Shown in pieces: positions 52,732 through 64,000 of a stretch of DNA of 64,000 nucleotides (position 1 is the stretch's first letter; each line of letters opens with the position of its first letter). A program made the translations under genes and the position numbers. The stretch is from Felis catus. Taxonomy: Eukaryota. The stretch covers positions 220,784,001-220,848,000 of the forward strand of contig NC_058368.1 in assembly GCF_018350175.1 (NCBI RefSeq). Reading direction: 5' to 3'. Below the pieces are notes generated by a model, which saw nothing but the letters and a program-made list of their open reading frames with translations, had not been told where the DNA came from and searched no databases.

Positions 52732-53048
52732 ACTACTGCTATATATCTTTCATGTCATTGATTAGCACTAAAGTCCTTAAAAAGGAAAGATTCTATGTGC
52801 TTTTTGCAAATGATGGTGAAATATATAAGGTAGATAGATTAGGCTCATTAGGCTACCGAGAGCAGTGTCCCATGAATGGATCAGGAAATCATATAGTAGG
52901 ATAAAAATGGCTTTTAATTGACATTAATGGAATTGATTACATTAAGATTAAATGTATTAGGATAGAATGGAAAAAAATGACAGAAAACAATAGAAAGTAT
53001 CTGCTTGTTTTGGAAGTAATCAGGGAAGTATTGGGTGTGTGCATGAGT

Positions 53049-53567
53049 GTGTTAGAGTTCCTAAGAACATGTGCACGTTCAGGGATTTGCTGGAAGGACT
53101 CTCAGTACTGAGAGACAGTTGTACTCCCATCCATGTTTTATAAACACAGTCAGCAAGGAGAACAGATGGACTAGGCTGAGTCTGGAGCAATCCAGGCACA
53201 GACTTCGTGTGTTCCTCTAGACCCCCACTCTCTCTCCACCCACAGAGAGAAGTCACGCAGGACACACTCCTCCAGTCCTCCAGTAGCTACTCCAGTAGCA
53301 AAGGGGAGCAACACGTGTGCAGCCCAGGAGAGCCTGCTTGACACTCAGAGTCCAAGCTTTTGACTGGGGACTAGTCATGTAGGAGCAACAACCAAACACC
53401 ACTGTTAGAATTGCAAACTTCAAGAAAGGAAATGAGGGGTTGAGCAGCCCAGGCTGGTAAAACAGCTAGGCTCCCAGCTGCCAGCCAAGGGCCAGCCCAG
53501 CCCCCGGATGGGCTCTGTGGAAGCTAGCAACGTCAGGCGTGCTCTCTGCTCATGCTTTCCTGCCCAG
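53049..53567 (-). mobile_element. Old LTR (MER21/MER77-type)
   Basis: gatttgctggaaggactctcagtact; agtctggagcaatccaggcacag; gacactcagagtccaag. Confidence 0.7.
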
Positions 53568-53920
53568 TGTGTGTACATTTGCATATTCTACAACAGCAGC
53601 CCTTCTCTTCGTATCAGGTCTGAAATGAAAACACCCTTAATACTATCTGCTCTTTAAGAATCAGTCCATCTTTCACCTCTGAACTTTTTCTGTTTCTGAA
53701 CTTCTGCATGAAATTATGTACACGTTGATAAGTGAGAGTGTTAGAATCTTACAGCCCTTATTCTTACGGTTACCACGGACTTCACTCTTCCTGCCTTGAT
53801 AACCTGTGCTCTGTGACGATAGGCATTATACTCATCTGCCCAACGCGCTCTTAGAGCAGACAGCATCATCACATAGGCCTTTGAAGGAACCAGCCGAATG
53901 AAGTCTCATTCAGCACTGCC

Positions 53921-54400
53921 ATGAGGATAAAGATCCTCTTTTGGAAACCACTGCAAGGCAGTGGACCATCACCAAACCACATGCTGCTATTGCTCTTACT
54001 GTCCTCTTTAGTTCTGACTCTTGGGGAAGCCTGGATATGGGAGACATATGTAAAATATAGACAAGATCCCATGGGTAATATGTGTATGTGGAGTGATTGG
54101 GGCCCTTATACTAATCATGGGATGAGGGGACTTTACCAGAGGAAATTGAAAGGGGGTTTTCAATCACCTTGTATTGGGTTCATTTATAATCAGAAATATT
54201 ATTCTGTAAGTCATCTTACTAGTACTAGATATACTGCATGGAAAGTTCCTTGGAAATTAGTCAAAGATATGTTTAGATGTTGCCCCTGGCCAAGATATTG
54301 CAATGCATTGTGTCCTAAGTTTATGACTAATCCTAAAGGTTGCCATTGTGAAGTGTACAATGGATTAGAAGACAACCTGTACCCTAATGTGTATAAATAA
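53921..54400 (+). CDS. LTR U3-encoded 159-aa ORF; putative secreted or membrane-anchored Cys-rich retroviral accessory protein of unknown function
   Basis: gccATGa start. Hydrophobic MLLLLLLSSLVLTLGEA segment (second ATG at 53981) with a G-E-A cleavage-like site. Eight Cys, complex composition, wholly inside the LTR. Confidence 0.65.
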   Translation: MRIKILFWKPLQGSGPSPNHMLLLLLLSSLVLTLGEAWIWETYVKYRQDPMGNMCMWSDWGPYTNHGMRGLYQRKLKGGFQSPCIGFIYNQKYYSVSHLTSTRYTAWKVPWKLVKDMFRCCPWPRYCNALCPKFMTNPKGCHCEVYNGLEDNLYPNVYK

Positions 54401-54734
54401 ATTGTAAAACTCTGACTGCGTCAATATGAACACAACAACATTGTAAAGCTTCTTAAAAAAGTTATCATGACCCTGAGAACCTGGTGAACTTTACACGAGA
54501 ATTGTAATAAGATAAATGACCCTGTTTGTGACATTGTTAAAGATTTCTTTTCATTGTATCTACCTTATGTAAACTGAGGAAATAACCTTTGAGGAACTTT
54601 CTGTGAACTTTGTACCTTCCCCTTTCCCTGGAAATAATCATGTTAGACTATATATGTCGGTGCACTCATGTCTGCCTCATGCCTATCATGTAGAATTAGT
54701 CATCCCCCACCTGTTAAGACTCCGGTCCCCAAGT

Positions 54735-54765
54735 GATAAATAACTCCTTCGCTACCTACAATAAA
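54735..54765 (+). promoter_or_regulatory. LTR TATA-like box (gataaata, 54735-54742) and poly(A) signal (AATAAA, 54760-54765)
   Basis: TATA followed closely by a poly(A) signal ~90 nt before the LTR end, as in short-R betaretroviral LTRs. Confidence 0.65.
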
Positions 54766-54869
54766 GGCTGATGTGCAGAAACTGAAGTGTGACTTCCTTC
54801 GCCGACGTCCACCCATCCCATCAGGAACCCTGACTGCTGGAGCTGGTCTCCGGCAGGCCTTCCCTTTGA

Positions 54870-55073
54870 CTAGGTATTGGCAAACTGTGGCTTGTGGGTA
54901 AATTTGGACCACTTGACTAATCTTGTAAGTAAAGCTTTAATGGAACAGGGCCACTCCCATTTGTTTATGTATTGGCAATGCTGTTTTAGCAATCAGCCAG
55001 AGTTGAGTAGTTGGAATTGAGACTTCATGGCTTGCAAAGCCAAAAGCATTACTGAACAAAATTGCCACCCCCT
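54870..55073 (+). mobile_element. MER58A-like hAT-Charlie DNA transposon
   Basis: ttggcaaactgtggc...taaagctttaatggaaca...cagagttgagtagttg...ttgccaccccctg. Confidence 0.85.
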
Positions 55074-56892
55074 GAGTTAAAAAAGCAGAATGGCTTGCTC
55101 AAATCTTGAATAAATTATTCAACATCCTCAGATAATGAAAGATTGATAAAAGAAATAGATATGACAGTTGATAATAAAATTTTATTCCAGTACTGTTATT
55201 TGTTTTTCTCATAGATACTTTGTCAAGCCATTTGATATAATGACATCTCTTTCTCTCAAAGCTTCCCCAGAAATATTAATATTAATATTAATCATTCTTT
55301 TGTGTAGTATTGACTTAAGCCTTCTCTAAACCTAAAATCTAATATCAGCAGCCTTTACACTGTCATCTTAAGAAATAGATATTAGGAGGAAATCACTAAT
55401 GATCTGTTAAGAATTATTTTCTCAGAAATTCTATTAATCCAATGTCAGAAAATTATTTGGCAGACATAAACAGTAGTAGAAAATAACAGATTTCTTAGAA
55501 TGAAATTTTAATCCTGATGGGCTCACTGAGAATCAAGAAGGTTTTCACCTATCACTGTCACCTTATATGTAATAAAAAAAAAAGATTGAAAGTACAGATC
55601 AGAGTTATAGTTAGTGGCAACACCGATTAACTCTTGAGAATTAGAACTTTTCTGAAGGTAAGAATAAGCCCTTCCTGGAGCAAAGAGAATAATGAAAAGC
55701 TGTTCTATGCAAAAGATTATGGAATTTATCTCACATGCCTGTACTTCACAAACGGCATGCCGTCCTAACTATTTACTTACATTTTTATCACCAGACTTAG
55801 AAGGTGTACCCCAAAATGTGTACACTGAAGCAGTATTTAAATTTTTTAATTACGTATTGCTGCCTGCTAGTGCCTGGGACACTGAACACCTGCTTTTTGG
55901 TACAGCAGGAAAATGCATTATAATGGGTCTTGGACGAAGAAGAGGAGGAGAATGAAATAGGATGGGCTAGTGGACAGTGGCTTTTTTATCCGGCTTAAGA
56001 TATGATGACAGTCTATCAAAACAGTTTTAGTAACAGTTTGAGGAATAATTCGTAGCCCCCAGTGGTGACTAATTTAATTAGGGTGGGTTGGTGAGCAAGG
56101 GAGGAGAGTGGTTGTGTAAAGGAGTCTTAATCTGAGTAGGAAATGAAAGAAGTGAAGGAAGTTAAGAAAAAGAAAGTATAAATATGAACTAGAATGTGGC
56201 AAAATATAGTGATACAATGGAAGAAAAGGTCTTGGAGTCAGGACAGCGGCTTGCAGAATCAAGAAAAATACTAGACTGTAGAGAGAAGCAGGTAGGTTGT
56301 AAATCATAGCCATAAATCTGCTGCTGCTATAACACTATTTGTTTAGGAAGATGAATAAAGAGAAGTATCTTGGTCTATATGTAGTAAGTTTTTACAAAAA
56401 TTAGATGTTGAATTTTTTGCAACAAGAGGAACATAAATACCAATAGATATATTGGCAATACATGAGATAGGTAAATATTTCTTAATAAAATATATAGAAA
56501 AAAAGTTATCTTACCCAATATACAAAAACAGGAGAAAATCATGCAGTAAATGGCATATAAATACATACTTGGGATTTTAAAAGCCTTTGGGGTGATTTAT
56601 TGTGAGAGAACTTGCTCTATTCCTATGGGCAGACCAGGGAGGAGGAACACTATAAAACAACAAGATGATGTCACTGCCGTGTGGACACATCCTTTGCTTA
56701 GTCAGATGAGGTTTGAAGACTCCAGCTGAGGTTCTGAAGAAGTCATTTGGTTCAGATTATTTCACAGGCACATGTTTTGTTTGAAAATGATTCCTTTGGA
56801 CCAGGACTAGTCACCCCGGGTGCCTTTTTTTTTTTTTTTTTTTTTTTAGCGAATCAGACATATATGCGTAAAATTCTAATATTAAATTAATA

Positions 56893-57008
56893 TTTTTATT
56901 AAAAAATTTTAGTGTTTATTTTTGAGAGAAAGAAACAGAGCATGAGTGGGGGAGGGGTGGAGAGAGAGGGGAGACACAGAATCTGAGGAAAGCTCCAGGC
57001 TTCGAGCT
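56893..57008 (-). mobile_element. 5'-truncated Can-SINE
   Basis: Tail and CT tract present, tRNA head missing. Confidence 0.85.
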
Positions 57009-60000
57009 TAAAAGATTATTAACAATAGCCACAGCATATGTCATTTTCATATTGTACTTTATATTTTCCCAAGTAATTTCTGGAATGATATCATCCGCCT
57101 TTACCCTCTAGAGTACTGAGTAGCAATTTTGTAACTAGAGAACACTTTTATTAACATTATGATTTTTAATTCCTTTACGTGAGACAACTTGTTTTCAGTG
57201 AATCATCTGACTTCAGTGAGGGCTGCCTAACCCAGTTTTCTACATGGGTTAACAAAGCCTGAATGAGTCATGGAACTCCGCAAAGATATGAAGGAACTGA
57301 GTTGAACTTGTTTCTATTAAACTCTAGTTATTCACAGCTTTACCTTTACTTCATGATAAAATTCACTGGGATAGTGTCTGTCATATATTCATAAACAGAA
57401 ATGAACTTTTCCATGGTATTTTATGAACCTTACTCTTGATAAAACAATTAATGTGGCAGATATATATTTACGAATTGTTTCAACTTTTTAAAAGGTCCAA
57501 AATGTGGGTTTAATTTTGAAATTTTGTGCTAAATGAAAAAAATCTATCCATTTTCATATGAAATTATTTCTTAGATTTAATTTTTATATTATATTATGTA
57601 AAATATATATTATTTTTACATTATATTAATTTACATTATATTATATTACATTATATTATATATTTACGTCATATTATGAATAGCAAAGTGGTATTCATTA
57701 TTTTTTAAAGCATGGGAACACAACATCTAAATTTACCTCAATTTGATTCTTTTTATCCTCAACAACTGAAAAGATCCAGATATAATCCTTTTTTTAATGT
57801 AAGTGAATGTTGCTGGAGAGAAATTCACAGAATATGTAACTGAGAGTTCCTACTGGACTCATGTGAACTAACACTCCATGATTGGACCCATAGGTTTGTT
57901 TTGTACTGAATGAAGGCTTCAAGTATGCCTTATAACACATGGTCTACACATCCCGCTCCACCACATCTAGTCCACAGTTCCATGTGAACTATCCAGTTAA
58001 GAGCAGGTGAAACACAAGCACACAAATGGAAATTCTAGAACTTTATATTTCATAGAAGGATATCATCAAATAGCATTCAGATTGTGTAGTGTCAGGGAAT
58101 AGGTAGCCTAGATCATAGGTAAATATCTAAAGGTTCAAAGAAAACCATTTCTTCCAACGTAGTCTTCCCAATAAATCATTTCATCATCTTCAATCCATGT
58201 CCCGACATTCAAGAATAGTCCTGGAATATGACTCCCCTTCACCTCACCATCCTTTCCCTGCGAATGCATTATGGCCCAAGAAGCAGGGCACATTAATAGG
58301 TTCAAGTACCCTAGACTAAACAGTACAGAGTCTATGAAGACACAATCGCAGTTATTTCCAAGGGAAAGCTGCTCATTGCTGCTGAGAAGAGCCGTTAACA
58401 AAGCTCTTCAGTGATAGGTTGGAGTCAAAATGGAGGAAAATAGGTCAGGGTAGGGGAAGAAATGAGAAAGGAAGAGTTGGTTGGTGGGAGGAGATTTGAA
58501 GAATGTCAGTTTAGTAACTGCAGAGCCAAAGAAAAGAAATGGACTAGAAGGAGGAAGAAAGAATACGTGTGCAAAAGCTTCAGCATATGAATTACACTCA
58601 CCCTGTGCTCTAAGCACTTTCCAGTTTCAATTCTTGGTACTACACCAGAAGATTTGTATCAATTCCAGGCCATGTAAAAATATGTAATCTTTGGAATGAT
58701 TAATGAGATTGAATGTGACCACACTTCTTGCCACAGTTTTGAGCAGCAAAGCTCTGCTTAGAAAAGAACGGCTTCAGTTTTTTTTTTTTTTTTCTTTTTG
58801 GAGCACAGCACTTTGCATAACATCATACAAAATTGGAATGCACACTGTATATTTATAGAGGATTCAAAATATATTTAAAAATGGAACGACTTGAGTATTG
58901 AAATAATCAGCTGACTGATCCTTGATCATGCACAGTTCATCCAAATATTCACTCTTTTCATCAGTGTGTCACATTTATAGGGAAGAGAAAGGATTTATAG
59001 GAATGAATAAAGTTACATAGTATTTGCTTTGCCCAAAGAAGTCTTATTGTATCAGTTGTGATTGTGTTTAAGCTGACAGTGAACTGTTTCTATTACTCCT
59101 AAAATTACAGTTTACAAGCTGTGAAAGCAAGTATTTCTGCTAAAGTGTTATGGAAAAACGCCTTTATAAAAGTTATAAATACATGTTTGTCCATGGATCA
59201 TATATTTTAAAGCCAAAGCCACCATTATAATTCTTCTATAAGCAATTTTTACTTTGGAAATAGATAAGATAGATTTTGACTATGTAAATACAATAACTTA
59301 AAATGTATTGATTGTATATTATATGCAAGGATCCAATTTCTAGGTGAGACACTTGATATACAAAGACAAAAAAAACCCTTTTACCTGGCTTTATTTATAG
59401 GGTTAATTATCATCCCAAGTTGTGATAATGATTTTTTAATGTTTTGATGAAGTTCTCTCATCAAATGGGCAACCCAGAATAAAAAAAGTAATTAAATGTT
59501 TTATTAGTTTGTGAAACTAAGTACATATGACCTAACTCTCCACTTAATTTATTGTCAAACATAGGAAATGTCCCTTGTGAAGTGTATGTGTTTACAGTGA
59601 AAACATTGTCTGCTGTATGTCTGAAACATATTTAAATATAAATAATTTGGAGACAGCCATTTCTGCATTTTTTGTTCATTGTTTCTCAACTAGAAGGCTT
59701 TGATAAACATCAAAGTGCTGCTGCTAAAGAGGCAGAATCATTTAGATCCCAAGGTAGATAGTAATTTATTTGTACAAACTTACTCCAGAATTGAACCATA
59801 TACAAATCATTGAAAACTATAACCATAAGACAAACCTCCAAAATGCATATATTTTTTTAAATTATCAGTGTACTATATTAGTTTAATGAGAAGAAATTAT
59901 GGACTAGCTTTCTGTCTTTGGCTTTGAAGATACACTTTTTTAAAAATGTTTTTGTTCTAAACGTAAAATTGTAGTTTAGTGTCCATTCAATAATTGAAAG

Positions 60001-60366
60001 TAAGAAAATAGGAAGAACGGATTTAGAAATGTACTTTTAAGTACTTCAGTTTTGGAACATTTGTTCCCTTTGGGAAAATGACATTGTAACCAAATTATTT
60101 CAATCAGCAAAATCTGTTAAAATGCAAGCTCTCTAGAGAATGATTAAAAATTTTCAATCTGTGAAAGTGATTTAGGAGTAGAGATTGGTTTTACATACTG
60201 ATTAAAAATGGCCTATCTTCTTGAGTAAGAATAAAAATTAAAGAAATTTAAAGGTGACAAATATTTTCACTTACATATTATACTTGATTGAAGCCAAGCA
60301 CACTATATAACTCAATCCACTTCTAATTTTTATTCACTTTTATTGTATGTTAATTTGTTGGGGAGG

Positions 60367-60568
60367 GGGGGCTCCTGGGTGGCTTAGTCAGTTAGGTGAC
60401 CGACTGGCTCAGGTCATGAACTCATGGTTGGTGAGTTCAAGCCCTGTGTGGGGCTCTCTGCTGACAGCTCAAGAGCCTGCTTCAGATTCTGTGTCTCCCT
60501 CTCTGTCCCACCCCCACTTGTGATCTGTCTCTCTCTGTCTCTCAAAAATGAATAAACGTTAAAAAAAA
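60367..60568 (+). mobile_element. Can-SINE
   Basis: ggggctcctgggtggcttagtcagtt head and A-rich tail. Confidence 0.93.
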
Positions 60569-62062
60569 TTGAGAGGAATATCAAGTCCTTCTCTGTGGAT
60601 CTGGACTTCTTTGAAATAACAATCCTGACTTCCTGCCTACTTTCACTTCCTAACAAAAAAGAATAATACAGGGGTGGACAAGAATGACCCAAAGGTGGAA
60701 AAGTGTAAAGGATGCTGTCTCAGCCTCTCAGCCATTTCCTTGCTTTCTTTTATAAATATATCTGCTGCTAGCAAATGTAAATTCTCTTTTTGTATGCTGT
60801 GAAGAGCCAGTCCCCAGGAGAGGGGGCCACCATTTTGTGAATTCTTCCAGTGACTATTAATGTGCGAGTTGATTAATGGCAGTATGCAAGCCAGCAAAAC
60901 TGGAAGACCGAAGTTACATGAATCAAATCACAATAACACAAAACTGAGTGAAAACATGTATACAGATTACTAAAATTTTGCAAATGTGAAAAATTTTCCA
61001 GACATGTAATTAGTATCATAAAGGAAAATATTTAATATTATTATGACAAAAAAGTAAATAAATATAAGGGGAAAATGATCAGTTGAAAACAGATTTTTGA
61101 CTCACATAGGATTAATGATTTCCTGAAAAAAAAAGAATGAATAATTTCCTCATATCCAAGAATTTCTGCCAAATCATTCCGAGTCTCTACCACCAGGAAA
61201 AAGAGTAAATAACATAAACAGACATTTCTCACACACACAGTCAATAAGCCAATGAAAGGTATTCGTGCATAGACATTGGAAATTTAATTCAGTGATTCAA
61301 ATAATTCAAATGAAGTCATGCTTAACTAGTATACATGTCTGTTCCTTAATAATAATGACTCACCCCAAAGTCCTGATACTAAATGAGAAACAATTCAGTA
61401 AAAGAATATAACAGTAATTCTAATGAGAAAAATTGTGTCTGTCTCAACCAAAACACCTGAACAATCTCTATAGAAAAATATTATCTGTTGAGCAAAAAAA
61501 TAAAGTTTCTGTAAGTAATAGACAAATTAATAATTAATAGTGATGATAATTAAATGTAAAGCATTCACAGTTTATACTAGTCATGATGAAGAGAAGACAT
61601 GATGGGTAGTAGTTGGTGGAAAAAGTTGGGAGAGAATCATTGTTTAGAAGATTTTTTTCTCTTTCTGTACTATTTCCTTCATTACTTTTTTCTTTTTCTG
61701 TTTCTAGACAATGGGGTAACTCATGGCTGTCTAGCACTTACACTACACCTAAACATAAAGTTATCACACCAGACACCTTTAGGACAACACAAAAGCTAAA
61801 GACTAGAATAGGTGGAAACATGGAAGTCTTGCATATACACAAAAGACTAAGGTGTGGTAGGAGATGTCAGTCTGCACCCTCTTTACTTGGTCCCCCTGTG
61901 TATGCTAAATCACGTGTTTAGGATTATACGAATAGGGTGATGCAAAATTCAGATGTGTTCCAGGTGGTATTTCTAACTGGCAATCTTAATTGGTGGTTGT
62001 GCCTTTGCCTGAAAATATAATGTCAAAATATCACTACTTTTAGTTTGTTAATTTAGTATTTA

Positions 62063-62065
<3 letters not shown>

Positions 62066-62093
<28 letters not shown>

Positions 62094-62286
62094 TGTATTT
62101 TAGAGAGAAAGAGAGCATGTGTGTGGTGGGGGGAGGGGCAGAAAGAGAGAGGAACAGAGAATCTTAAGCAGGCTTCCATGTTTAGTGTGGAGCCTGATGC
62201 GGGACTCAATCCCATGACCATGGGATCATGACATAAGCCGAAATCAAGAATTGGAATCTTAAGTGACTGAGCTACCCAGGTGCCCC
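62066..62286 (-). mobile_element. Can-SINE with long poly(A)
   Basis: TSD taatttagtat. Confidence 0.95.
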
Positions 62287-62375
62287 TAATTTAGTATGTT
62301 TTTGATGAAAAAGGTGCAAAAAAAAACATCTATTCTGGCATAAAGTTATAAACTGGACACTATGGTAAATTTGTA

Positions 62376-62376
<1 letters not shown>

Positions 62377-62430
<54 letters not shown>
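62377..62430. repeat. (CA)n microsatellite
   Basis: Directly visible perfect run. Confidence 0.97.
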
Positions 62431-62432
<2 letters not shown>

Positions 62433-63654
62433 CATTTAACACCTAGGTTACAAATTATTTTCCTGATTTTAAATATTCTTTTCCCGCCCCACATATCTAA
62501 AATATCTCACAACCCCCATATCACCTTTTTTTTTTCCCTAGAAAAATCCTGTTCCTCTAAATTTAGACTCTACTTCTCTCTGAAAATCCTTCTGGTCTCC
62601 GAGTGTGGTTAGAAATATGTCCTGAGATGCCTACCAAGCTCTGTGTAGTCATTATCATAAGGGAAAACAGATCGTACTCTGCCAGCTTTCTTGATTCCAC
62701 ACACGTGAGCACGTACGCATATATACAGAGGCTGTGAGCTCTTTGTGGGATGGGAATGGATCCTTTATTCCTGTGTTACTAGTATTTCTTAAGTAGTAGA
62801 TGCTAAATATTGATTTTGTTGAATTACACAATAAAAAGGATCAAGAGATGTAATAATGTAAAGTGGTAGAGTGTGAGGAGCTTTATTATTATTATATATT
62901 TATTTATTTGCAGTGCATTTGTTGGCTTATTGCTTATTGGTTTTTAACTAGTCCAAAATCTGTATAAATATTTTAGCTATTTTGTGTACTTGCTGAGTGT
63001 CCTTGAACTTGCTAAGCCGATTGAGAGATAATGAATCCTCAGGATAATTATGAGATAAAAATACTCGGCATGTAGACTATGCTACTTACCTTTCAGTTGC
63101 CTTTCTTTTTTCCTTTCAGCCTCTGCACAGATCTCATGAAGCCAGTGTCTACAATGCATTCAGTAAAAGGAAAAAAGTATAATATTTACCTCAATATTAC
63201 TAATATTTCCTGTTGTCCAAATATATTGGTTTTAGTCTAAAATCACTCTTTTAATTATTTCGGTGTTCTAATTCTCTAAATTCAATCAACATGAATATGT
63301 TAGAATGAATGTATTAGACTGCTTAAAATATAATTTTCAGTTTGGCTTAGTGGCATGGCAGACTCCAGCATCTTCCATGTTCTTGAAATGAGATTTTCAA
63401 GTATATCATTGTGAGCCACGCTGACCCCAAGGTAATGTTATGGACTGTGATTTTGTGTCAGTGATGTATTGATTTCAGAAATGACACAAATCTAGTTTTG
63501 ATTGTGGCATCCTTTAACCTGTAACTTCTATGTAACAATGATAAATTTTAAGGTTATAATGTACCTCCTGTTGTCAAGGCTAATCCATCTATACACAACC
63601 AAGAAAGGCTTTCTCCTTAACTTGTGGAAAACTGTGCTTTTTCAATTTAATTAA

Positions 63655-64000
63655 TTGGAGTTGTAATACCCCATGGGGGGGGGAAATATATACACACACA
63701 CATTACATATATATATTACATATGTATATATACATTGATATATATATTACAGTTATATATATTATTTACACTTACATTATTTACATTATTTACAAAAATT
63801 ACTTACATTATTGGAGCTATAATTGCCTATGGGAAATAAATATATATATTTATATATTATATATCTAAATATCTATATGTAATTTATATTGTAATATATA
63901 ATTACAATTGTATATATTATTTACATTTACATTATTTATATTATTTACAATAACTTTATTACATTGGAGTTATAATTGCCCATGGGGGGAATAAATAAAT
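63655..64000. repeat. AT-rich ~155-bp tandem repeat, at least 2.2 units, running off the window
   Basis: Anchor ttggagYtRtaat...ccYatggg at 63655, 63811 and 63964. Confidence 0.85.

Larger units (their letters stand above)
53882..54855 (+). mobile_element. Class II (betaretrovirus/ERV2-like) solo LTR, 974 bp, relatively young
   Basis: Termini TGAAGGAACCAGC...GCTGGTCTCCGGCA form an imperfect inverted repeat. Perfect 6-bp TSD GGCCTT at 53876-53881 and 54856-54861. TATA-like box followed closely by AATAAA. CpGs retained. Confidence 0.92.

Noticed and set aside
53921..54400. LTR ORF as a processed pseudogene or env fragment
   Set aside because: No poly(A) tail or L1-type TSD, it sits inside TG...CA ends with a 6-bp TSD, its frame is closed at the LTR edge, and I see no env motifs.
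2098..60692. Recurring MAQSVKRPTSAQVMIS-like ORFs as a protein family
   Set aside because: They are translations of Can-SINE copies, mostly from non-ATG starts.
1..64000. CRISPR arrays, rRNA, genuine tRNA genes, host gene symbol
   Set aside because: None seen. The tRNA-like sequences are SINE heads, and the host gene cannot be named reliably without a search.

Overview
AT-rich mammalian genomic DNA, almost certainly felid: about 32 tRNA-Lys-derived Can-SINEs and cat-type L1 3' ends. No host protein-coding exon is recognisable. Most of the window is interspersed repeat (Can-SINE, L1, L2, MIR, CR1/L3, MaLR/ERVL/ERV1 LTRs, MER58, a Tigger-like DNA transposon). A 26:6 minus-strand SINE bias and two well-formed non-coding exon candidates (28694-28753, 28963-29078) suggest an intron of a large + strand gene, which I cannot name. 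The standout feature is a 974-bp class II (betaretrovirus-like) solo LTR at 53882-54855 with a perfect 6-bp TSD. Its U3 holds an intact 159-codon ORF for a signal-peptide-bearing, 8-cysteine protein, placed like MMTV sag but not a sequence I recognise. Other notable items are a 325-bp inverted templated insertion inside a SINE (11102-11426, copied from 12090-12413) and two twin-primed L1s whose junctions fall at the same L1 motif. Subfamily names are from recall, not a database search, and edges of old repeats are approximate.
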